A DNA stretch of 64,000 bases, taken from contig NC_057750.1 of NCBI RefSeq assembly GCF_004010195.1, positions 15,308,537-15,372,536 on the forward strand, in the 5' to 3' direction. Shown here in pieces: positions 25,501-38,454 of the stretch. Both the position numbers and the translations under genes were made by a program. This stretch comes from Chiloscyllium plagiosum. Its lineage: Eukaryota. How positions within the stretch are numbered: the stretch's first letter is position 1; the number at the start of each line of letters is the position of its first letter. The notes under the pieces were generated by a model. The model was given only the letters and a program-made list of their open reading frames with translations. It was not told where the DNA came from and did no database searches.

Positions 25501-28500
25501 CGTTGGAAGAGGTCTTTGATTTGGTTGGCTGTTTTCCCAAGGCAGCAGGTAGTATAGATGGAATCAATGAAGGCTGGTTTTTGTGATAGACCGGGCTGCA
25601 ATCACAACTCTGATTGCTTGCGATCTTGAAAAGCAGTTACCATATCAAGCTGTGATGCATCCAGATAGGACATTTTCTATGGTGCATCTATAAAGATTGG
25701 TAAGAGTCAATGTGGACATGCCAAATTTCCTTAACTTTCTGAGGAAGCAGGGATGTTTGCAAGCTTTCTTGACTGTAGCAGTCTCCTGGGGAAGAGACAC
25801 ACATCTACCAACCACAGTTCCAGCCACCCAGTATATTCACTGACTCCCACCCCAGCCACTGCAGCCAACTCCCAAGCCCTTGAGACATACCCCCAGAGAC
25901 AGAGTAACCTTCAATCTCCTTCTGGCACAGCTTTTGATCATTCATAGTACCTTAGACAAATGACAATTACTCAAAACATCCAGTGTTAGTGCTGCATAAC
26001 TCGTCCTCTACAGCTACTGAAAGTTTCCAGACATTAGTTGATTTTGAAAATTCATTTATTTAGTTTCCTAAAATTTCTTCCTTGCCTCACACAGAAGCAT
26101 TGTCAACATGAAAAATGTGGTAGTGATCCACCTTAAAGTGGGTCCTCTGCTAATTTTTCCATGCCTCATGGACAATGCATGTTATTGAATTACTAATAGT
26201 TGAAAATCAGGAAAGCACTGGGCAAATAAAGCTGTGACAAAGTATCAGTGGCCTGCAATATGCCATTAACTTGGATCGAAACTGGTCATCCCTCGCTAGA
26301 AAAACTTACATCTCATCTTCAACAGCCAACACAGCAGATTCAACATAAAGGAATTCAATGTGCAGAGTTGGAGAGCAGAGAAGAGAGTGGGGGAATGATG
26401 TTGCTGAGTGAAGTAAGAATTTGTTGTTCAGATACAGCATGACGAGTAACCGAGGGCAGAAGAAGAATGGAACTCAGTTAAGTTGACATTTAAGGAGCTG
26501 TTCCTTTTAGAACTTAGTACCATCAAAACCTTCAAGCTGTTAACTCTCAAACAGCAGATACAATGCCATTCGGACAGCCCTGGTCTTAATCGAGGAAGGT
26601 CAGGTGGTGGTGGTGGGGATGGCAGCTGAGGACAGGGATAGACTTCCTCCTTATCGTCAGCAGTCTCTGGCTCTCTGAATGGCAAAGGCTTGGTACAAAT
26701 TCCCCACCAGTGAACAAACAATGAATGAACTGGGGAGTGCCCAATTATGGTGGGAGCTTATTACCTTCACCGACAATGAATGAAGTTCAGCACTCTCCCC
26801 TCACCGAACCCCTAACCTCAAGAAGCTCCAAAAATCCCAGAAAAACCACCAAAGGGCCAGATACAAGGAACAACATATCTTTCACTCGCCTTTCCTTGGA
26901 TTCAGGATAAAACTAAGGTAAAGCAAAAAGAAGACTAAACTCACTATCATTTAAACAAAGGGAACAAACATGACTCCAGGATCAGCTTCTGGGTGGCAAA
27001 AGTGAGGAAGGGCCACCATTGTGTCGAGAAATTAAGTGAGGGATGGGCAGTGGGTTGTACTTGCTTTCTTCTCCAAGAAGAAACAGCCCAAAGCAGGGTT
27101 TAGACCAGAGAACCTTGTTGTGATTGTAATTGAGGTAATAAAAGACCGATTTCGACAGTGCTTTACAGGCAATTCAGCACATTGAAGTATAGTCACTGCT
27201 GCATTGTTGGAAAGGGCCAACTTACATACAGCAAGATCCCACAAGTGGAAGGACTAGATTTGGCTGACTCTTCCCATCAGCTTTAGGAATCTCCTAAAAA
27301 CTTTCTCCGCAGTTCTCAAGGTGCAGCAATTTTCTTCAAGCGCTGCAAAACTGTCAAGTCATCCAATGGCTGAACACCAGAAAAAATTGTCACATTCCAG
27401 TGACAGACATCTGGCCATGCGTGCAGCGTGGATGGAGAAACGAAAGGCAAGCATTGATCAACAACAGATCTGTTCAAATCTTAAACCAATTGTGAAAAGC
27501 GTAACGTGCAGCCACTGTCTGCAGTAAACATTAGGGCCCACTGTTACAAGGCACAAAACAGGAACTTCTGGGCCACATCGGCTTAAATCTGACCCACAAT
27601 ATATGTTTTCTTAAATTAAAACAAAAGAAAAGTGATAATATGGGAAGGTGAGTTTGAGTTTTCTGAGACAGCAATCAAGGCTGATGAAATACTGAATGCT
27701 CCACTGAATGGCATCCATTAACGATCCTCATCTCATTTCTTTTGTCAATACAGCACTAAAGACAGTACGAAATGGTAGCTGGCAGGTAAACCTGCTGCTG
27801 ATTGGCCCAGCGTCACGTGACAATCTGGGCTCTGCCTCTGTCCTGTGAAAGTGATTACTGTGCTGATAAGCAGATCTGACAGGAAGCATAAGGCATTGTT
27901 ATAGGGACACTAAACCAGGGCAAGCTGCTTTATCCTTCCTTAAAAGGTCTGAAGGGTGTGATAGCAATTGTGCCATACACATGCTAAGCAATCTCAGCTC
28001 CCACTCAAGGAAAGCCTCTGTTTTCACTTCAAAGAGATTTGAATTTCTCTTTTCCCCCAAAAAAAGTCTTCCATGGTGTAAAACCTTCCCAGAAACAACT
28101 ATATTACAAATATTTGCCCCTGTTCCTCCCCCTTTCCTCCAAGTCACAATTCAAACCTTTCTAAGATCTTTTCACATCACTGTTGAAGGGTCAGCGACAC
28201 CATCTTCTAAAGCTGACAGCACAAGAAAATCAGCAATTTTATAACTGATTCACATAGTTCCAAGTCAACATGACACTTTTTAAAAAGAACAAACTACAGA
28301 TGCTGGAAATCAGAAACCAGTTCTGAAGGGGGGTCACTTCGCTTTCTCTCCACAGAACCTTCCTTCCATGCGGACTTTTTCCCAGCAATTTCTATTTTTG
28401 CTCTGACATGACACTTGGCAGGTAATAGAAATACAAAGCACAACCAGCCAGACCAGAGGAGGGGCCAGCTTTCTTGCAGCTGGAGTACAAGTAACATCTA

Positions 28501-29193
28501 CAACCCGAGGGGAGGGGATTGGCAGCCCAATGGCTGCAGGATATCCCCGGTTTGACCAGATCTGCGGTACAAGGCACCACAATATAAGGAAAGGTATTCT
28601 GGCTCAGGAGGGAGTATGGCAGGCATTTACAAAAATGGCACTTGTGATTTCAAGGAAATACAATATAAATTAGGGTTGTGTTCTCTTCATTTTGATTTGA
28701 CTTAATATTGTCACATATACCTAGGTACAGTGAAGAGTTTTGCTCTGTGTGTTATCCAGGCAGATCATACCATACAAAGTGCATAAGGGTAATGGGACAG
28801 AGCAAGGAATACAATGATTATTGAATAACTTGAATCACTGGCCTTTTTCTGTATGTAATAGCCTTTCAGCCATCATCACTGGATAAAGAACCAACATAAT
28901 ATGTCTTCTCTCTGCTCTTCCCAAAAACAACCATACAAATTCCTGAATTCAGAACTGATCCATTCTCTTTTGAACATCAGTATAAAAAGTTGCTTGTATT
29001 TTTCTGGTGCACTCCAGATAATTCATCTGAGAATTTTTCCTACATTTAATGTTTATCCCATACCAAACTTCACAAATAAAAGTTTCAGGTTATAACTACC
29101 CTGCGGCACAAAGGGGAGAGCGGACCCAGCTCTTGAAGATGGTGGCACTGGCACATTTGGCCCATCCACTCCAGACCAGCCACATTCTTTTTG

Positions 29194-29228
29194 CCTCTCT
29201 CTCTCTCTCTCTCTCTCTCTCCCCCCCC
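29194..29228 (+). repeat. (CT)n microsatellite plus C run
   Basis: Seen directly. Confidence 0.9.
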
Positions 29229-30234
29229 TATTCATTTTTTTTTCCTTTTTAAAATTTTTTCCTTCAACATCCCTCCGTTGTGGGGAGGCAGGAGTGAGGA
29301 CTCCTGGCTTCAGCGGCTCAATGAGGGGACTCCAGGGATTTGCAGTGAGGCATCAGCTGCAGAAAGGGTGGGAGTGGGAATCCTGGCTAGGGTAGGCTAA
29401 GAGCAGAGACCATGCATAAGTCCTGGAGCCATGTTTGGGACCCCAGGGGAAAGGAGAGACACACATGATGGTGGGGGGGGTGGGGGAAAAGAGGTGCACA
29501 ACAACAGGGAGCAGGTGAGGAGAGATGCACGACAGGGGTGGGGGAGAGAAGGAAAGAGACAGAGTAAAGCAAGACAGACACAGAGAACATGAAACAGACA
29601 AGGCGAGAACACCGAGGGTGAAACAATCAATCAAAAAAGAGAGTCAGTAATATGATTAGATTATCAAAATAAACATGTTCACTGTCATTAAATAGTCATA
29701 TTAAAGAGAATTAAATCATTAAGAGCAGCTTCATTACATCCAGTGAACACATTCCCTGCTGAACATGTGAGCTTCCCACTGCCCCAATTAAGTTCCCTAA
29801 ATTTCCTTATCCGAATGCTCAGATAAGACATCGGTGTTGTTCTTCCTCTAGAACAGAGTGGTCGGTTTCCTAGTGGCCTAATACCAAGGGCGGCTACCAC
29901 CATCCAACTCCAAATCGGGTAAAAGGGCCAGTCCACCCCTGATATTACAAATTTATCAGATACTTAGTATACCAACAGCACCATAAAAGTGCTTGATTCC
30001 ATGTTTTAAAATCTAAAATTATCTGCTCATGATTCCAGCTAGATTTCATGTTTGTTCCTACAACAGAGGCACAGCTCCAATATTTACTTAGGTCTTAAGT
30101 TTTCTCCAATAATTATTTAAGAATAAATAAAATAGAGATGAAACAGACAGCTAGATTGGAACACTAATTATTGCTCCCTTTCTGAAGTTATAATAAAAAC
30201 ACACAAGAATGCAATAAGTCAGCAAAACACTTAC

Positions 30235-30328
30235 TTGCATGTTTGTCTGCCAGTCCAATAAGAGTACTCGGTATATCTCGCCTTCTGTAGAAACAAACCA
30301 CTTTTGCTTCAACATTGCCGTTCGCAGT
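30235..30328 (-). CDS. MTA1: MTA-family exon 3 equivalent (BAH): [31 protein letters not shown]
   Basis: 94 bp, ttgcag acceptor and gtaagt donor, phase 0 to 1. Lies within ORF 30188..30451. Confidence 0.96.
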
Positions 30329-30964
30329 CTGCAATTGGTGAAAACATACAAGATATCTATTATTCACCGTGCGCTTACACAATTCAAGGCTAGCAGACTG
30401 CATGCTCACATCAACCTTTACAATGCAGTGTTTCTTAACACAGCAGGCCACAGAGGGTTCAAATATGTCAATATTTCATTCAAACATTCAAAACCCAAAT
30501 ACTTGCAATTCATCCTCACTAGCTTCTCAACTCCTCTAACCTGCCGAATTGGCTCAGCTGAGTTCATTTTTATTTTGGTGCTGGCGTGGTTGGATTATTT
30601 ATCATATTTAGGACAAAAGAGCAAGCAATGGAGCTGCTCTTTTGCTCCTTGGCCAGACGTTATCAATTAATCTCCTCAAATCACTGCCATCAATGCCAAG
30701 CATGGGCTCATCTCTATGTCCCTGTTTGACAGCTCCACTCTCTCCCTCCTTGCAGAAATAAAATACCATGCATGCCAAAGAACTGAAATGAAAACAGAAA
30801 ATGGAGAAACTCAGTGGGACTGGCAGCATCTGCGGGGAAAGAGAAACAGTATTAACATTTTGAATTGAATGAGACTCTTCTCTGGAACTCAAAATTGAGA
30901 ACGTGAATGGTTTCTTCTTCCACAGATGATGGCAGAACTAAATTTGTCCAGCACTTTGCTCTTA

Positions 30965-32324
30965 GTGAGTTCTGAGAAGATTTGTAGCTCAGGTTGAGGT
31001 TCTGGATGTTGGTTTGCTCACTGAGCTGGAAAGTTTGCTCTCAGACTTTATCACCATACTAGGTAACAATCAGTGAGCCTCCAGACGAAGCACTGGTGGC
31101 ATGGCCCGCTTTCTATTTATGCATTTAGGTTTCCTTGGGTTGGTGATGTCATTTCCTGTTCCTTTTCTCAGGGGATGGTAAATGGGATCCAAGTCAATGT
31201 GTTTGTTGATAGGGTTCCTGTTGGAATGTCATGTGTCTAGGAATTTCGTGCGTGTCTCTGTTTGGCTTATCCTAGGATGGATGTGTTAGTCCCAGTCAAA
31301 GTGGTGTCCTTCCTTATCTGTATGTAAGGATACTAGTGAGAGTGGGTCATGTCGTTTTGTGGCTAGTTGATGTTCATGTATCCTGGTGGCTAGTTTTCTG
31401 CCTGTTTATCCATTGTAATGTTTGTTACAGTTCTTGCAAAGTATTTTGTAAATGATATTATTTTTGCTTGTCGCCTTTTTAGGGTCTTTCAAGTTCATTA
31501 GCTGCTGTTTTTGTGTTGGTGGGTTTGTGGGCTACCATGATGCCAAGAGGTCTGAGTAGTCTGGCAGTCACTTCCAAGATGCCTTTGATGTAGGGGAGAG
31601 TGGCTAGGGTTTCTGGACATTGTTTTGTCTGCTTGCTTGGGTTTATTGCTGAGAAATCGGTGGACTGTGTTCATCGGGTACCCATTCTTTTTGAATACAC
31701 TGTAGGTGATTTTCCTCTGCTCTGCCTAGTTCCTCTGTGCTGCAGTGTGTGGTAGCTTGTTAAATAATGCTCCAATGCAGCTTCGTTTGTGGGTGTTGGG
31801 ATGATTGCTTCTGTAGTTCAGTATTTGGTCTGTATGTGTTGTTTTCCTGTAGATGCTGGCTTGAAGCTCCCCATTGGTTGTTCGCTGTACTGTAACATCT
31901 AGGAATGGCAGTTTGTTGTTCCTCCTCTTTAGGGAATTTTATGCCAGTAAGGGTATTATAGGTGGTCTTGAAGGTTTCCTCTAATTTGTTTTGTTTAGTG
32001 AAGACAAAGATGTCATTCACATAGTGGACCCAAAGTTTGGGTTGGATGGTTGACAGAGCTGTTTGTAAGAGTCTGCATTACTGCCTCTAATAACCCGGAT
32101 ATCGGAGATCCCATGGGTGTTCTGTTGGTTTGTCTGTAGGTTTTGTTGTTGAAGGTGAAGTGGGTGGTAAGGCATAGGTCCACTAACTTAACAACATTAT
32201 ACTTGCTGATGACGTTGGTGGTGTTTGGTGTTTGTGTCTTTGGTTCTCCCAATAATTTAGTCATCATACAGATGAAATGTCTGAAAACAAACCTTCCAGC
32301 TCAGCAAGAAAACCTACATCCAGA
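30965..32324 (-). mobile_element. 5'-truncated Penelope-like element (RT + GIY-YIG remnant) with short inverted tail and TSD
   Basis: Minus-strand remnants: VKLVDLCLTTHFTFNNKTYRQTNRTPMGSPISG, WVHYVNDIFVF (YVDD-like) and the GIY-YIG region. About 32275-32326 is an inverted copy of about 31000-31050. TSD actttgctctta at 30953-30964 and 32325-32336. Confidence 0.9.
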
Positions 32325-33199
32325 ACTTTGCTCTTATTTTAGGACACTGCTTGGCATTGCGTACGATTCAAGAAAGCATGATCAACATTACTGCATCAAT
32401 GAAATCTCACTGGCACCGGGGCAAAAAGGATCTGGGAGCAGGTGATTGTCAGATCAACTAAACTATTTTTTACCAATTGTTCATAACCACTGAAGGAACT
32501 TAATACTTGAGAAGCTCAAGGTAAGAGCAGAATAGGTGGGAAAGGCAGACTCAAATTGTTCGCATGAAAAATGATCCAAACGTGGCTCAGCGCTCTGGTA
32601 AAATGCACCTACAAAGCTGGAAGTAAACAAAAGACATTGTAAATCCCACTGGATTGAGACAACATCCAAACGGTTCAAGAAATAGGCAAATATGGACCAG
32701 GATCAACAATGGTGGTGGTTTAGTCAAATCCCATCCAAGCTCCCAATTCAAACCCTCCCCATTACAATGACTGCCAACTTCTATCGACATCAGTCACTGC
32801 CACCACAGTGTCCGAAACAGCAGAATGCGAGAGCAGTGAGACCATCCCAAGCAAATGGGCCTTTACAAGTCTCTACTTTGAATACCTCTTGGCTCAGAAT
32901 CATTGAATTGGAGAGACTTTGACAGAGAAAACAAGGGGAACAGTTTCTACGTAGTTTTATCCAGAATATATAGTCCAGAACCGGGAGAAGCACACAAGTT
33001 CAGGACTGGGAGTGTGCAACGGCAATTGAGTCAAGTAGCAGGGAATTAGGAGAAATTGAGAAGGAACCCCATGGGTTTTGACCAACAGTGCGAACACTGC
33101 GTTGCACTAAGAGGTCACAAAGGATGACCACAGGGAGGATAGCCAGAATGCAGATTAAGGCAAAGTGACACAATAGATTGCCTAGTGCCAGAAGATCAG

Positions 33200-33975
33200 A
33201 ATAAAGAATGGTAGTTATAGGGGACTGGATAATTAATGGAATAGAAACTGTCCTCTATAGCAAAGAATGAGAATCTCAAATACTGTTGTTATGGATCAAG
33301 CCAAACCACCTCAAAACATTTCAAGAAAGTAGCCCAGACCCTAACTTTGCTAATTGTTTTAAGCAGGTGTATAGTGGATATTGCAGGAGATGCAGCTGGT
33401 CAAACCATTTCATTTTAAACAAAACTGTATTTTTTTTTTACAAAATTCCCAATGACACACAAACAAAAAAAGAGAACAGAAAACAGAATAACTTAACCTA
33501 CCTGAAAACCCAACAGATCATCCCAACTTAATGATGCTGTTCCAATACTTGCAACAATCCCCAGACACACTCCTTGGCACAAAAGGTAAAATCAAACCCA
33601 GTGTCTTACAGAAGAGATGTCAAAGAGAGAGTACCAGCATGGACCTGCTTCTTTGGGTCCAGCAACTTCAATACAGCCTGATCGCTTTTAGTGAATAGCC
33701 AGACTAAACCAGAGAAAAGCTGAGAACTGGCGACTCCCCTTTCATTGTACAAGTGCTTTTTTAAAACTTGAAAGCCTTTTGTCTGAGGCAGTATCTGTAA
33801 GTGATAATCAAGTTGGCCCGAAAACCCTTCAAACTTTGACTTTTCGGAGTCTGTGTCTTTTATGACCTCTCCGGGAAAAAAGGTGAAGGACAACATAACC
33901 TTGTTAAAGGAGCAGCATCACCATAGTCTACTGTCAACCTGATAGTAGAGTTCAGGATATCATCTGGTAGCTGAA
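33200..33975 (+). mobile_element. CR1 ORF1 esterase remnant interrupted by a roughly 640-bp insertion (possible solo LTR, about 33287-33925)
   Basis: MVVIGDWIINGIETVLYSKE*ESQIL ... YCQPDSRVQDI resembles the GDS(L)-esterase of CR1 ORF1 and resumes after the insert. The LTR identity of the insert is only a guess. Confidence 0.45.
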
Positions 33976-35049
33976 TTTTTGCCCGAATTTGTGCAAATTG
34001 GCACAGGAGCAGAAAGATCACGTGCAGAAAGACGTGTGGAAGTGGGTTGGTTGGGGGCTGGGAGTCATTCCATGAAGCTCTGGCACCAGTTCCAGGGCAG
34101 GATGGAGCTGGTGGAACAGACTCCAGCTGAATTGGAGGTGGGACCCAAGTTCAAGTGGAAAGGGGAAGTTGGGAGATGGAAAAGATCTTAAACTAATAGG
34201 ACGGGAGATCTCCAAGAAATACTAACAGTTTAAATGTAAACAGAACATTAGAAAGTAAAGTCAGGAGTGTGATGGAATACTTCCCATTTGCCTGAATTAG
34301 TGCAACTCCAACAACACAAGAACTTGATACAGTCCAGGACAAAGCACCCCATTGATTCGCACATCGAAAACATCCACTCCCACTCCCAGAGATGCTCAGT
34401 AACAGCAGTTACCATTCTCTCGAAGCTGCACAGCTGTGTGTGCGCGCGAGTGTGTAGTCACTCCAAGGTTCTGCATGCTGCAATTAGCATCAGCAGCCCA
34501 ATCAGAGCACTAACTTCCAATTCCAGAATTGTATAGACCTTGAAGAGAGACAACCACAAAAGTAGATAGGATGCTGCTAACAATGAGTATTATCTACAAA
34601 AAATACAGCAGGAATTAACCAAGGCTCCTTAGACATCACCTTCTAAACTTATGACCTCTACAATCTACAAGGTCAAGGGCAGCAAACACATGGTAACACC
34701 ACCCGTTGCAGGATCCCCTCCAAGCCAATCACTATTTTGACTTGGAAATACCTCGCTGTTCCTTCAATGTCGCTGGGTCGTAAGTTCAGAACTCTCTCCT
34801 TTAATGGCATTATGGGTCCATTGATAAATGGACTGTAGCAGTTCAAGGCGGCAGCTTACCAACATCTTTTCAAGGGCAATTAGAGATGCACAATCAATTA
34901 ATATTGTCCCGAACCCAAAAATGAACAAAAGACAGACAATAACAGGAGAAGAAATAATATTGAACAGGAGTCTCAGACTGGTTGAACATTAAGTGAGGGG
35001 AAAATCCCACTAAAAATTAGTTGAAATTTCTGCACACCGTGCCCATAAT

Positions 35050-36690
35050 AAAATAAGGGTGGAGGAAGGAATTATGCATTACGAAGAATGAAACACACCT
35101 CAGAATTACTCGGACATGGCCACAAAACAAGAAATCAGGACTTAAGAATTAAACATTGCAGTGCATCACACATTTAAGCAATGCAGGGGAAAGAGAGAGG
35201 GGAGGTCAAGTAATTCAGGATAACTTAATAGCAGTGAAGAAAATGGACAAAGCTATCAGCAAGATAAAGAATCCATCTGAATCAAGTTGAAAGATAAATC
35301 ATTTGAATAAGTGTGATCTATAAACCACTTAACGAAAAAGAGTGATTGAATATGCGGGGAAGTTACATAATTCAGTAAGCAGCAGATAAGGCATTGTAGG
35401 AAATTGCAACTACACAACTATGATAAAATAAGGTTAATAGACTGGAGAATAGCAGATTCTGATGAGCTGCAATTAGAACTTGGGGAAAATACAATAGGCA
35501 ATTATATTGGCAGACAATGATGTACAACAATAATACAAACATTTAAAAGTGTTTAACAAAGTGCAGGCAAAACATATTCCATGAACTAGAAAGGACAAAT
35601 TGAACATGAGAGAGACTTTATGAATGAATAAAGACTTAAGGAAGAAACTGAGGGTTAGGAAAGAGGCAAACATGAAATTAAGACAGTAACAGCAGAGGAC
35701 CACACATCAAAAGGGAATATGGAGAAAGCAAGAGAGCAGTATTTTTAGAAAGGTTCGAAAGGCAGACAGAAACAAGGAAATTGAACCAACACGGACGAGG
35801 AAAAAAATGGCCAAGTATCTTAGAGGTACCATTAATAGGAATAAGGTAGCCAATGATGGGAGTAAGACCATTAAGAAATAGAATGATAATTTGACAGGTA
35901 ACACAGATAGCAGATATATTAATTGTTTTACTTCAGTGTTTATCAGGCAGTCATATTAAATGATTAGATGAGCAAGTGATTTTTATATTAAATAAAGATG
36001 ATGTATTGAATAAACTAAAAGTAGAAAGCTCTGATCTAGAAAAATTGCATCCTATGTACTTTAACAGAATCTAAGAGAAAACAGTGGCATTACAACTTAT
36101 TTATGATCCAACAGAAAAACATGCCAAAGGACTGGTGGTTAGCTAATACAATTCATGCGGTTAAGGAGGAAGACAGAACATGCCCAGGAAACTGTGGTCA
36201 GCTTAAACGTGGTTGGAGGATAATGGGATCTTTTCTAAAGGACAGGATAGAACATTCAAAAATGAAAAGTAATTACAATTAGTAACATGAAATTCAAAAA
36301 AAATAAAACGTGGTTTGGCTAACACCTAGTTTTTGAAGGAAAAGAGAGATTAGCGAATAGTAATGCTGCAGATGGAACTTATCAGCGTTTTCAAAGAGGA
36401 CTTTGATAAGATGACCCAGAACATACTAATGAACAAGGTCAGGGAATGTGGTCAGGTGACAAGTGGCAGAACGTGGTCAGGTGACAAGACAGTGCGCAGA
36501 ATGCAGGAATAAAGGCCAGTTATTCAGAGAGGCAAATAGTGGAAAGTGGTGTTCCACAAAGACCTTAGTTGGTACCTCTGCTGTTCATAATTCACACCGA
36601 TGATTTGGACTGGAGTCAAAAACGACTTCCACATTTGTAGATCCCATCAAATAAGGGGTGGGATGAAAGACTGCAACAAATTAAAGAAGA
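35050..36690 (+). mobile_element. Old, decayed CR1-type LINE ORF2 remnant
   Basis: Scattered motifs (KDWWLAN, F.KDFDK, SGVPQ...LVPLLF), heavily mutated. Confidence 0.55.
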
Positions 36691-36704
36691 AAACTTGCAG
36701 AATA

Positions 36705-37460
36705 AAATGCGAGGTGCTGCATTTTGGGAAAGCAAATCTTAGCAGGACTTATACACTTAATGGTAAGGTCCTCGGGAGTGTTGCTGAACAAAGAGACCTT
36801 GGAGTGCAGGTTCATAGCTCCTTGAAAGTGGAGTCACAGGTAGATAGGATAGTGAAGGTGGTGTTTGGTATGCTTTCCTTTATTGGTCAAAGCATCGAGT
36901 ACAGGAGTTGGGAGGTCATGTTGCAGCTGAACAGGACATTGGTTTGGCCACTGTTGGAATATAGCATGCAATTCTGGTCTCCTCCCATCGGAAAGATATT
37001 GTGAAACTTGAAAGGGTTTAGAAAAGATTTACAAGGACGTTGCCAGGGTTGGAGGGTTTGAGCTATATGGAGAGGTTGAATAGGCTAGGGATGTTTTCCC
37101 TGGAGCGTCGAACGCTGAGGGGTAACCATATGGAGAATAAATAGACAAAGTCTCTTCCCTGGGGTGGGCAAGTCCAGAATTAGAGAGCATAGATTTAGGG
37201 TGAGAGGGGAAAGATATAAAAGAGACATAGTGGGCAACCTTTTCACGCAGAGAGTGGTGCATGTATGGAATGAGCTGCCAGAGGAAGTGCTGGAGGCTAG
37301 TAGAACTACAACAACATTTAAAAGGCATCTGGAGGGGTACATGAATAGGAATAGGAAGGATATGGGCCAGGTGGGATGAGATTGGGTTGAGATATCTAGT
37401 TGGCATGGACGAGTTGGACTAAAGGGTCTGTTTCCATGCTGTACATCTCTCGGACTCCAA
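36705..37460 (+). mobile_element. Younger CR1 LINE 3' fragment
   Basis: ORF 36600..37004: KCEVLHFGKAN...EQRDLGVQVHSSLKVESQVDRIVK...LEYSMQFWSP. ORF 37164..37379: FTQRVVHVWNELPEEV. Confidence 0.9.
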
Positions 37461-38454
37461 TAGGTAAATAATTAGCAAATAAAAGTTCAGCACAGATAAG
37501 TGTGGGGAAGTATACTTTATTAAGAAATAGGGAGATCGCTCATGACGTGGAATATGCAAGTTGAGGTGAAAGGAAAGGAACAAAATGGATCTTAAATTAT
37601 AAACTTAAACAAAATTATCACCAGATATCAAGGCCATAAACAACAGAAACCAACCACTAAGCTTTATTTATTTATTCAGATGGAATTAAACATGGGATAA
37701 GTTATGCTAAACCTGCTTCAAGCCTTCTTTAGATTACATCTTTTATTTTATTTTATTTGTCCATGGGACGCAGGATGTCCCTGGCCAGGCCAGAATTCAT
37801 GGTCCAGCCTGAAATGACCAGAGGGCAGTTAAGAATCAATCACTACTGTGGGTCTGGAGCAATACGTACAACAGACCAAGAAAGGACAAGTGATTTCCTT
37901 CCCTAAAGGACAGTGAACCAGATAATTTTTATGACATTCAACACTGGCTCCATGGTCACTATTAGGCCACCTTTTATTCCAGCACTTGATTGAATTCAAA
38001 TTTCACGATCTGCCATGATGAAATTCCAGCCAGTCTCCAAGACCATTAACCTGGATTTCTGGATTGTTAGCCCATCGACATTACCACTACACCACCTCCT
38101 CATCACTGCTACATGCAATTCTCGTCACCATAACATGAGATATGGAGACACTGGAGAAAATGGAGAGAAAATGTACAAGATTACAAAAACATGTGAGAAT
38201 ATGTATCTGGAAAGAATTGACAGGGCTGATATTTTTCTCTTGGAAAAGAAAATGTGGCCGAAAAGTCACCTCAGTCGATGTCTTCATAAGTGAGAAGTTT
38301 TGTTAGAGTGAATAGAGAGAGAATGTTTCCACTTTATGGAGTAGATGATAACTCGAGGCCATCAACAGAAGTTAGAGGGCATGAGATCCCATGGGAAATT
38401 CAGAAATAACCTTTCAATTGAAAGAGTGGTGAGAATATCAAACTTACTGAAACA

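Noticed and set aside
26310..26403. Possible extra minus-strand exon (cag...at|gtaagt, 94 bp)
   Set aside because: Frame-shifting and no homology. It could only be a poison exon, and nothing in the sequence supports that beyond generic splice words.
23917..26549. CRISPR-like repeat-spacer or C/D snoRNA reading of the duplicated element
   Set aside because: Only two copies 2.5 kb apart, with homologous spacers, in a vertebrate intron. The C-box is imperfect (UGAUGG) and the C-to-D distance is short. Kept only as an unclassified element.
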